The notes below the pieces were generated by a model. That model saw only the letters and a program-made list of their open reading frames with translations, had not been told where the DNA came from and made no database searches. The position numbers and the translations under genes were made by a program. This document shows positions 7,870-14,999 of a DNA stretch of 44,531 nt, piece after piece; positions within the stretch are counted from its first letter, which is position 1; every line of letters begins with the position of its first letter. The DNA is from Candidatus Stercoripulliclostridium sp. (GTDB taxonomy: Bacteria > Bacillota > Clostridia > Christensenellales > DTU072), in assembly GCA_045594145.1 (NCBI GenBank), contig JAZNYA010000069.1, positions 1 to 44,531 of the forward strand, given 5' to 3'.

Positions 7870-9126
7870 ATGACTTATAAATACCCCAAAAACGTTGAAA
7901 TGATGAATAGGGCTGGCAAAGTCATCCCTAGCGGTGTATACGGACACCTAGGCCCTGCGGAAGGATGTATGATACCTTCTAACGCATATCCCTTCTTTGT
8001 TTCCAAGGCAAAGGGAAGCGAAATGTGGGACGTGGACGGCAATCGCTTTATAGATTATATGTGCGGTTATGGTCCTAACGTAGTGGGCTACTGCGACCCC
8101 GACGTAGATAATGCTGCTCTCGAGCAAATTAAAAAAGGAAACTGCACGACTCTTCCCAGTCACGTTATGGTGGAGTTTGCGGAACTTTTAACGGCAACCG
8201 TCAAAAAGGATTGGGCGTTCTTCTGTAAGAACGGCGGAGACGTAACGTCTTTTGCTATTATGATTGCCCGCTATTATACCGGCAAAAAGAAAATAATCTT
8301 CGTAAACAACTATTATCACGGAGTCGCTCCTTGGACGCAAAAACCCGACACTCCCGGAACGTTGATAGACGATTGCAAAAACTCTCTTTACGTCGATTTT
8401 AACGACCTTGAAGGGCTCAAAAAGACAATCGAAGAAAACAAGGACGATATCGCTTGCTTCATAGGAACTCCCTATATGCACGGCAACTTTGTAGACAACG
8501 TTTTGCCCGAAGAAGGATATTGGCAAGGCGTTAGAAAACTTTGTACCGATAACGGCATAATCCTAATCGTAGACGACATTAGAGCCGGCTTTAGACTTTC
8601 TCTTGCAGGAAGCGATAACTACTTTGGTTTTGAAGCCGACCTTATAACCTTCTGTAAGGCTCTTGCAAACGGCTATAACGTTTCTGCTCTTTGCGGTAAG
8701 GAATTCCTTAAGGGTGCCGCTTCCACCGTGCCCTATACCGGTTCCTATTGGATGAGTGCCGTACCTTTTGCAGCAGGTATTGCCAACATCAATAAACTTA
8801 TTGCAAACGATGCTCCCACATACTTTAAAGCAATGGGCGAAAGACTAACGAACGGTCTTCTCAAGACTGCAGGGGAACTGGGCGTACCGCTAATTGTTTC
8901 CGGCCCGCCCGCATTGTTCTATTTGAGAATAAAAGACCAAGACGGTTCCTTCTTGCACCATCAAGAGTGGATTGCCGAGTGCGTAAAGCGTGGCGTATTC
9001 ATCACCAACCACCATAACCACTTCATCAATCTTTCTCTCACTCCCGAGCTAGTTGATGAAACTATCGATATTTGCTCGGAAGCTATGGCGGTGTATGTTA
9101 AGAATCACCCCGAAACTTACAAGTAG
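7870..9126 (+). CDS. Class-III (glutamate-1-semialdehyde aminomutase-like) PLP-dependent aminotransferase
   Basis: The ORF is 418 aa. AGGAGA RBS is present and the gene starts 9 nt after the previous stop. Family-typical motifs include WDVDGNRFIDY, GYGPNVVGY, IVDDIRAGFRL and FCKALANGYNVSAL (putative PLP lysine). Confidence 0.85.
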   Translation: MTYKYPKNVEMMNRAGKVIPSGVYGHLGPAEGCMIPSNAYPFFVSKAKGSEMWDVDGNRFIDYMCGYGPNVVGYCDPDVDNAALEQIKKGNCTTLPSHVMVEFAELLTATVKKDWAFFCKNGGDVTSFAIMIARYYTGKKKIIFVNNYYHGVAPWTQKPDTPGTLIDDCKNSLYVDFNDLEGLKKTIEENKDDIACFIGTPYMHGNFVDNVLPEEGYWQGVRKLCTDNGIILIVDDIRAGFRLSLAGSDNYFGFEADLITFCKALANGYNVSALCGKEFLKGAASTVPYTGSYWMSAVPFAAGIANINKLIANDAPTYFKAMGERLTNGLLKTAGELGVPLIVSGPPALFYLRIKDQDGSFLHHQEWIAECVKRGVFITNHHNHFINLSLTPELVDETIDICSEAMAVYVKNHPETYK

Positions 9127-9131
9127 ACAAC

Positions 9132-9448
9132 GTATTTTGGCGAAAACCATAGAAAAGCAAAAAAATCCTTCGGTCGTTTACTTCTAGTAAAGTCCCTTCA
9201 GTATTTTTCCACTTTCCGTCGGTTGTTCATCCAAACTCCGCTGTCTATCCGGCTGTGGTGGTATTTTGGCGACCTACTTAGGAAAGAAGAAAAACCAGCT
9301 CAGTCATTTACGGGGAGTCAAACTCCTGTCGTGAATTTTTTCCTTCGTCTTTCATCTAAAAATCGTGGTTTAATAGAGAAAAGATAGAAAGAAAATATTT
9401 CATCCAAATTCCGCTGTCTATCCGGCTGTGGTGGTGGTATTTTGGCGA
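9132..9448. repeat. Degenerate direct-repeat structure containing two near-identical roughly 47-nt copies
   Basis: - Copy 1 (9226-9272): ttcatccaaaCtccgctgtctatccggctgtggtggtattttggcga.
- Copy 2 (9399-9448): identical except C>T and an extra GGT.
- GTATTTTGGCGA occurs three times (9132, 9261, 9437).
- The flanks are more weakly similar. Confidence 0.85.
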
Positions 9449-9490
9449 AGTTTAAAAATTTCTACGGAAAAGCCAATGATAAATTTTCTA

Positions 9491-9516
9491 ATACACACGT
9501 GTACGCACGTGCGTAT
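9491..9516. promoter_or_regulatory. 26-nt perfectly alternating purine-pyrimidine tract with nested palindromes ACACGTGT and TACGCACGTGCGTA; candidate operator or leader structure of rmuC
   Basis: Checked base by base: ACACGTGT at 9495-9502 and TACGCACGTGCGTA at 9502-9515. The tract ends 15 nt before the rmuC ATG. Confidence 0.4.
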
Positions 9517-9530
9517 TTATAAGGTATATT

Positions 9531-10814
9531 ATGAACGAACCTATTTTGATTGTAATTTTAATGCTACTGGCAGTCGTGCTTATCGCTAATGCGATAATAC
9601 TTCTTGTTGTGTTAAAAAAGAAGGCAAGCAAAGTTGAGTTTGATACCAAAGATTTGGAAGGCAAAATTTCCACCACCCTTGATTCTACTGCGAAAAACAT
9701 AAAAGATAGTTTTATGATGACCAATGAAGCAACCACTAGGGCTCTCATGGGTGGTCTTAATGCAACCAACGAACAAGTTGTAAACAACGTTAAAGAACTT
9801 TCTCGCAATAACGAAACACGCCTTAAAGAAATGAAGGACGAGCTCCAAGTCGGCCTAAAGGATATGAAGGAAGAACTCTCCGGCTCTCTTAACAAAGTGC
9901 GTGAAGAAAACACTACGCAACTAGAAAAAATCCGTGGCACCGTGGATGAAAAGTTAACCAAAACTTTGGACGAAAGATTCCAAGAATCCTTCAAGAGTGT
10001 AATAGAATCTTTGGATAAAGTATACAAGAATTTGGGAGAACTAAAAACACTGGATACAGGACTTACGGAACTCACAAAGATGCTTTCGGGTACCAAAACT
10101 CGTGGAAATTGGGGAGAACTAGCCCTAGAAGGAATACTATCTGAAATACTAACGCCTTCCCAATACGAAGCTCAATCCAAAATGGGAAGAAGGGTAGGAG
10201 AAGATAAAATCGTAGACTTTGCGATAATACTTCCCGGAACAAAAGACGACAAGGTATATTTGCCCATAGACAGTAAATTCCCCGTAACCGATTTCGTAAG
10301 GATGAAAGACGCCGTGTCGGAAGGCAGAATCGAAGACTATAACATTGCAAAGAAGGCCCTTGCTGCTCGCATTAAGCACGAAGCAATAAGCATAAAGGAT
10401 AAGTATATTGCTCCCCCGTACACCACGGATTTTGCAGTACTCTTTTTGCCAATTGAAAGTTTGTATGCAGAAGTGCTTTCCATTGATGGACTTTGCGAGC
10501 AAATGCAAACCAACTATAAGGTTATGATAGCAGGCCCGAGCAACATAACGGCCTTCCTTAATAGTTTAAGGCTTGGTTTCCGCACTCTCAAAATTCAAAA
10601 AGAAAGTAGAGAAGTATACAAGATTTTGGTACAATTCAAGACGCAATTCACGTCCTTCGTCGGCGACCTGGAAAAAGCCCAAGAGCAAATCGGCAGAGTT
10701 ACTAGAACGCTTGACGACGCCAAGAAACGCACGGCTACCATCAAAGAAAAGCTCGACAAAACGGACAGCCTGACAATGCCCGAAGAAACACCCGTCCTTC
10801 CCCCTGTAGATTAA
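9531..10814 (+). CDS. rmuC: DNA recombination protein RmuC
   Basis: The ORF is 427 aa. It has an N-terminal TM helix, a long coiled-coil segment, the RmuC signature GNWGELALEGILSE and a PD-(D/E)xK-like VDFAIILP...LPIDSKFP. The RBS is weak (AAGG). Confidence 0.85.
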   Translation: MNEPILIVILMLLAVVLIANAIILLVVLKKKASKVEFDTKDLEGKISTTLDSTAKNIKDSFMMTNEATTRALMGGLNATNEQVVNNVKELSRNNETRLKEMKDELQVGLKDMKEELSGSLNKVREENTTQLEKIRGTVDEKLTKTLDERFQESFKSVIESLDKVYKNLGELKTLDTGLTELTKMLSGTKTRGNWGELALEGILSEILTPSQYEAQSKMGRRVGEDKIVDFAIILPGTKDDKVYLPIDSKFPVTDFVRMKDAVSEGRIEDYNIAKKALAARIKHEAISIKDKYIAPPYTTDFAVLFLPIESLYAEVLSIDGLCEQMQTNYKVMIAGPSNITAFLNSLRLGFRTLKIQKESREVYKILVQFKTQFTSFVGDLEKAQEQIGRVTRTLDDAKKRTATIKEKLDKTDSLTMPEETPVLPPVD

Positions 10815-10823
10815 GAATAACGT

Positions 10824-10860
10824 AAAATAAAACGCCCACAACTCGTGGGCGTTAATTTTT
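10824..10860. terminator. Bidirectional rho-independent terminator between convergent rmuC and the DUF2804-like gene
   Basis: Stem aacgcccac (10831-10839) pairs with gtgggcgtt (10845-10853). A T-run follows on the plus strand (10856-10860) and TTATTTT follows on the minus strand. Confidence 0.8.
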
Positions 10861-10877
10861 ATTGCGTACAAGATGAT

Positions 10878-11909
10878 TTACCACTTGTTGCGAACTTTTT
10901 CTGCAAAGCCAAGAGTCTTTTCAAGGTGGATGACGGTGCCGTCGTCGAGAATACATTTACCGCTAAACCAGCCGAAAACTTGGTGGGGGAGCATACACAT
11001 GACCTTTAAGTCAACGGGTGCTTGGCGGTCTATTATTGGCTCGAAGTCGAGTTCCAGTCTGCCGTCGCTGGAAGTGAAGGTCCAGGGTTCCATATATTTA
11101 ATATTGTCGGTGTTGTCGCCGGGAATATTAAAGGTTACGTCTTCTAGCTTATGAGCTTTGCCATCGTAGAAGAGCATATTTTCGCTTGCGGCAGTAGTGT
11201 TGCCGAAGCCATAGCCGATGTTAAAGCCGAATTTTTTGCCATCGGGAAGTATGGTTTGCAAGCTACCCCAATACCAAGTGTTGTCATACGTCCAAACGCC
11301 ACGTCCCCAGTCTAGAGTGCCGAGTGCGTCGTCAAGGTTATAAACCTTTTTGCCCAGACGGAATTCACCCTTACAGCTCAAGCAATTGATTTTAGCATTG
11401 TAGTAGAAATATTTGGGCTTATCGAAGGGGGTTGCTATAAACATACATTCTTCGGGGTTATCGGAGAGAACGAAATCGAAGGAAAGTTCTTCGCCGTTTT
11501 TACCGAAATTGGGATATTTGCCGAAAAGATGACGGGTGTTGCCGTCGTTTATGAAGCTCATTTCTACGTCGCCGTTTTTGCAAACGGAGTCGCCCTTAAG
11601 AGTGGTGTTAGGCATATGTAGATTACCCATGGGGAATAGGAAGACACTGCTCTTGGTAATTTGGTCGGGAACTTTAAAGTCGATGAAGGTAGCACTCATT
11701 GCTCCAATGTAGCCCATATCGGAGATGGTAAGGCAGATTGCGTAATCGTCGTTGCCAACGTAGTAGTAATCCCATTCCTTTAGTCTCCATTTCTTAGCCT
11801 TGACGTCGTCACGATTATATTCCAAAAGATATGATTTAGCGTATCCGGGTTCACGAATATTGCCGTTTTCATCTAGTAGTTTACCTTTTTCGATAATGCG
11901 GTTTTGCAT
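10878..11909 (-). CDS. Beta-rich hypothetical protein, DUF2804-like
   Basis: The ORF track opens at a TTG (11921). The ATG at 11909 (MQNRIIEKG...) has GGAGG 5 nt upstream and lies downstream of the predicted promoter. The family assignment is from memory of DUF2804-type sequences only. Confidence 0.6.
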   Translation of the reverse strand: MQNRIIEKGKLLDENGNIREPGYAKSYLLEYNRDDVKAKKWRLKEWDYYYVGNDDYAICLTISDMGYIGAMSATFIDFKVPDQITKSSVFLFPMGNLHMPNTTLKGDSVCKNGDVEMSFINDGNTRHLFGKYPNFGKNGEELSFDFVLSDNPEECMFIATPFDKPKYFYYNAKINCLSCKGEFRLGKKVYNLDDALGTLDWGRGVWTYDNTWYWGSLQTILPDGKKFGFNIGYGFGNTTAASENMLFYDGKAHKLEDVTFNIPGDNTDNIKYMEPWTFTSSDGRLELDFEPIIDRQAPVDLKVMCMLPHQVFGWFSGKCILDDGTVIHLEKTLGFAEKVRNKW

Positions 11910-11935
11910 ATTAGCCTCCAAAAATTGATATTTAA

Positions 11936-11964
11936 ATTATATCACCTATTTTATAGTATTTCAA
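11936..11964 (-). promoter_or_regulatory. Sigma-A-type promoter for the DUF2804-like gene
   Basis: The minus strand reads TTGAAA (11959-11964), a 17-nt spacer, then TGaTATAAT (-10 at 11936-11941). Confidence 0.6.
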
Positions 11965-11988
11965 TAGGCATTTTCATTTATTTGCATC

Positions 11989-12017
11989 TAGACAAAAGGA
12001 GCGTTTTATTGTATAAT
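11989..12017 (+). promoter_or_regulatory. Sigma-A-type promoter for the FGGY kinase gene
   Basis: TAGACA (11989-11994), a 17-nt spacer, then TATAAT (12012-12017). It is followed by an AGGAG RBS at 12037-12041. Confidence 0.5.
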
Positions 12018-12047
12018 TACGATATATCGTAATCACAGGAGAAAAAT

Positions 12048-13643
12048 ATGTCCAACTATATCATTACTTACGACGTAGGTACGACGGGAATTAAGACCTG
12101 TCTTTTTGACGTGGGCTCAACTATCGAGCTAAAAGCAAGTGCAATGGAAGGCTACAACCTTTACGTTTTGGAAAACGGCGGTGTAGAGCAAGACACTAAC
12201 GAGTGGTGGAACGCAATGTGCGTAACTACCAAAAAGATATTCGCAAACTATCCCGTTGACCCCAAGGAAATACTAGGCATTTCTTTCTGCTCCCAAGCAC
12301 AAGGTCTAGTTCTTGTGGATGAAGACTGCAAGCCCGTAAGAAGAGCTATGAGTTACATGGACCAACGTGCAAAGGAAGAGATAAAAAAAGGTATGGCACA
12401 CGGACTACAAATAGCAGGGGCCAACGTTATTAAACTACTAAAATCCTTGTATTATACCGGAGCTGTTGCAGCATCCGTAAAAGACCCGGTATGGAAGTAT
12501 AAGTGGGTAGAAGCCCATGAACCCGAAAACTTCAAGAAGGCATACAAGTGGTTGGACGTAAAGGAATTTTTGATTTCCCAATGTACCCATAAGTGCATTA
12601 TGACGACAGATAGTGCGTTTGGAACGCTCATTTACGACATCCATAAGAACACTTGGTCCAAGCCGATGTGCAAAATGCTCGGCGTAGATACTCGTCACCT
12701 TGCTCCCATCATGAAGAGTACCGACTGCGTAGGATTGGTTACCGCTAAAGCTGCGGAAGAACTAGGACTTGCCGAAGGCACTAAAGTATTTGGCGGCGGT
12801 ATGGACGCAGCACTAATAGGAGTAGGTGCAGGTGCAACGGAAGTGGGCGACACCCATATTTATAGCGGAACTTCCGGCTGGGTAGGCACGGTAGTAGATA
12901 AGTCTATGGTAGATACTTCTGCTATGATAGCCGCAACCGTAGGTGCAGAAAGCGGAAAGTACAACTACTTTGCAGAAATGGAAACTTCCGGCAAGTGCTT
13001 GGAATGGGTTAAGAACCATCTTGCTCTTGATGAAATCGGCATCTATCTTAAGACGACCAACGTAACCGAAAGTGAAGATATAGAAAAGAAGTACACTTCT
13101 CTTTATGACTATATGACGGAAGTATGTAACACCATCCCTGCCGGCTGTGGTGGCGTTATATTTACTCCTTGGCTACACGGCAATCGTTGTCCTTTCGAAG
13201 ACCCTAACGCTAGGGGTATGTTCTTTAATATTAGCCTTGAAACCGGCAAGACCGAACTCATCCGTGCCGTATTGGAAGGCGTATGTTTCCACCAAAGATG
13301 GATGTTGGAAGCAGAAGCAAAGAAAGCCAAAGTTAGCGATGCTATTCGTTTTGTAGGCGGTGGTGCACTCTCTAACTTTACCGCTCAATTGCTTGCCGAC
13401 ATAACAGGCCACGTTGTAGAAGTAGTAAAAGACCCGCAAAACGTAGGTGCAGTAGGTGCTTGTGCTTGCGTAGCAGCAGGACTTGGTCTAATCGAAAGCG
13501 TTTCTAAGGTAAAAGACTACATCGAAGTAGAAAAGACCTTTACTCCCAACTTGGAAAACAAGGCTATATACGACCGCAACTTTGCTGTATTCAAGCAACT
13601 TTACAAGGCAAACAAGAAGAACTACGCATTGCTCAACAAGTAG
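12048..13643 (+). CDS. FGGY-family carbohydrate kinase (xylulokinase-like; substrate unknown)
   Basis: The ORF is 531 aa, with N-terminal YDVGTTGIKTCLFD and C-terminal FVGGGALSNFTAQLLADITG signatures. Confidence 0.85.
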   Translation: MSNYIITYDVGTTGIKTCLFDVGSTIELKASAMEGYNLYVLENGGVEQDTNEWWNAMCVTTKKIFANYPVDPKEILGISFCSQAQGLVLVDEDCKPVRRAMSYMDQRAKEEIKKGMAHGLQIAGANVIKLLKSLYYTGAVAASVKDPVWKYKWVEAHEPENFKKAYKWLDVKEFLISQCTHKCIMTTDSAFGTLIYDIHKNTWSKPMCKMLGVDTRHLAPIMKSTDCVGLVTAKAAEELGLAEGTKVFGGGMDAALIGVGAGATEVGDTHIYSGTSGWVGTVVDKSMVDTSAMIAATVGAESGKYNYFAEMETSGKCLEWVKNHLALDEIGIYLKTTNVTESEDIEKKYTSLYDYMTEVCNTIPAGCGGVIFTPWLHGNRCPFEDPNARGMFFNISLETGKTELIRAVLEGVCFHQRWMLEAEAKKAKVSDAIRFVGGGALSNFTAQLLADITGHVVEVVKDPQNVGAVGACACVAAGLGLIESVSKVKDYIEVEKTFTPNLENKAIYDRNFAVFKQLYKANKKNYALLNK

Positions 13644-13729
13644 GAAGAACTAGAAGATAAAAGGGCAAAAAAGGCGAGTGAGCGTGGCGGATTCCAACAA
13701 AAGATATTACTCAAAAAGGTAATAGAACA

Positions 13730-14113
13730 ATGATGGTAGAAGTAGTAGCGGCACTAATTTGGGACGGGGAAAAGTTTTTGATTTGTCAACGTCCAAAAAA
13801 CAAGGCGAGAGCACTTCTTTGGGAGTTCGTAGGCGGAAAGGTAGAAGCCGGCGAGAGCAAAGAAGAAGCCTTGGTGCGAGAGTGCAAGGAAGAGCTTGAT
13901 ATCACTTTGAGCGTAGGGAAAGAGTTTATGACGGTCACCCATGAGTATACGGACATCACCGTCAACCTAACTCTTTTTAATGCGACCATCTTGGAAGGTG
14001 AGCCCAAAAAACTTGAGCATAACGATATAAGATGGATAACGCCACAAGAAATCCCCCTTTACGAATTTTGTCCTGCCGACGTAGAAATCCTACGAAAAAT
14101 CCAAAGTGAATAG
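13730..14113 (+). CDS. Nudix hydrolase, MutT/8-oxo-dGTP diphosphatase-like
   Basis: The ORF is 127 aa with the Nudix box GGKVEAGESKEEALVRECKEELDI. Confidence 0.85.
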   Translation: MMVEVVAALIWDGEKFLICQRPKNKARALLWEFVGGKVEAGESKEEALVRECKEELDITLSVGKEFMTVTHEYTDITVNLTLFNATILEGEPKKLEHNDIRWITPQEIPLYEFCPADVEILRKIQSE

Positions 14114-14121
14114 TTAAAACT

Positions 14122-14155
14122 AACGCCCCGAATTTCGGGGCGTTTAATTTTGTTT
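14122..14155. terminator. Bidirectional terminator between the convergent Nudix and Mrp genes
   Basis: Stem aacgccccg (14122-14130) pairs with cggggcgtt (14136-14144), followed by TAATTTTGTTT. The T-run is weaker on the minus strand. Confidence 0.7.
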
Positions 14156-14156
14156 A

Positions 14157-14987
14157 TTATAGGTTGTCGCTTAGGTTGTCTAGGAGCTCTAGTTCGTGGA
14201 GTTCGATTAGACCTTTGTCTGCTTGGTTTGCAAGGTCGGGAGTGATGGGCAAGCGAGCAATGTGTTTGATGCCGTATTTCTTTGCGATTTCTTCAAGGTT
14301 GCTCTTTCCGAAGGGATAGTGCTTTTCTCCACACTTATCACAAACGAAGTAGGACATATTTTCAACGAGTGCTACAATGGGAATATTCATCATATTTGCC
14401 ATTTTAACAGCCTTTTCTACTATCATGCCAACGAGTTCTTGGGGGCTGGTTACTATGATAATGCCGTCAAGGGGAAGACTTTGGAAGACGGTTAGCGGTA
14501 CGTCGCCGGTTCCCGGGGGCATATCGACGAACATATAATCTACGTCCGACCAAACTACGTCCGACCAAAATTGTTTTACGGTGCCGGCAAGCACGGGGCC
14601 ACGCCATATAACAGGGCTGGTTGCATCTTCAAGCAGAAGATTTATGCTCATTACTTTGATGCCGGTTTTGGTGACTACGGGAAGGATGTTGTTTTCATCC
14701 ATTGCTTCCGCAGGTTCGGTTAGGCCAAAGGCACGGGGAATAGAAGGACCGGTGATATCGGCATCCAGTATTGCCGTTTCATATCCACGTCTTCTTGCGT
14801 TTACTGCAAGAGTGGAAGTGACTAAGGATTTACCTACGCCACCTTTTCCGCTTACAACACCATAAACCTTTTTTACGTTGGAAAGGGTATTCATGGGTGC
14901 TGCAAATTCGTTGACGGGCTTTTGTCCTTGTTGCTTAGAAGGGCAATTTAGTCCGCAAGTGCTACAATCATGTGTGCATTCGCTCAT
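14157..14987 (-). CDS. Mrp/NBP35-family iron-sulfur cluster carrier ATPase
   Basis: The ORF is 276 aa with an AAGGAG RBS. Motifs seen are the deviant Walker A GKGGVGKS, DMPPGTGD and CDKCG. The N-terminus is Cys-rich (CTHDCSTCGLNC). Confidence 0.9.
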   Translation of the reverse strand: MSECTHDCSTCGLNCPSKQQGQKPVNEFAAPMNTLSNVKKVYGVVSGKGGVGKSLVTSTLAVNARRRGYETAILDADITGPSIPRAFGLTEPAEAMDENNILPVVTKTGIKVMSINLLLEDATSPVIWRGPVLAGTVKQFWSDVVWSDVDYMFVDMPPGTGDVPLTVFQSLPLDGIIIVTSPQELVGMIVEKAVKMANMMNIPIVALVENMSYFVCDKCGEKHYPFGKSNLEEIAKKYGIKHIARLPITPDLANQADKGLIELHELELLDNLSDNL

Positions 14988-14999
14988 TTTATATACTCC

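Noticed and set aside
9198-9403. Two tiny minus-strand ORFs starting at the repeated ...GCGGA(G/A)TTTGG-ATG inside the duplicated 47-nt element (9198-9230, 10 aa; 9356-9403, 15 aa).
   Set aside because: The peptides (MNNRRKVEKY and MKYFLSIFSLLNHDF) share no sequence or length, although the upstream repeat is conserved. Conservation is therefore at the nucleotide or structure level, not the coding level.
9488-10096. 202-aa Ser-rich minus-strand ORF overlapping the 5-prime part of rmuC.
   Set aside because: It is antisense to a gene with clear RmuC signatures. Its composition is low-complexity and it has no RBS.
9531-10814. RmuC as part of a defence island.
   Set aside because: It is a single gene with its own bidirectional terminator. 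It is flanked by metabolic genes and has no partner nuclease, ATPase, methylase or mobile-element genes. That is consistent with the ordinary chromosomal rmuC.
11910-11921. TTG-initiated N-terminal extension (MEAN) of the DUF2804-like ORF.
   Set aside because: The ATG at 11909 has a GGAGG RBS at ideal spacing. The predicted TSS (about 11929) leaves no room for an RBS ahead of the TTG.
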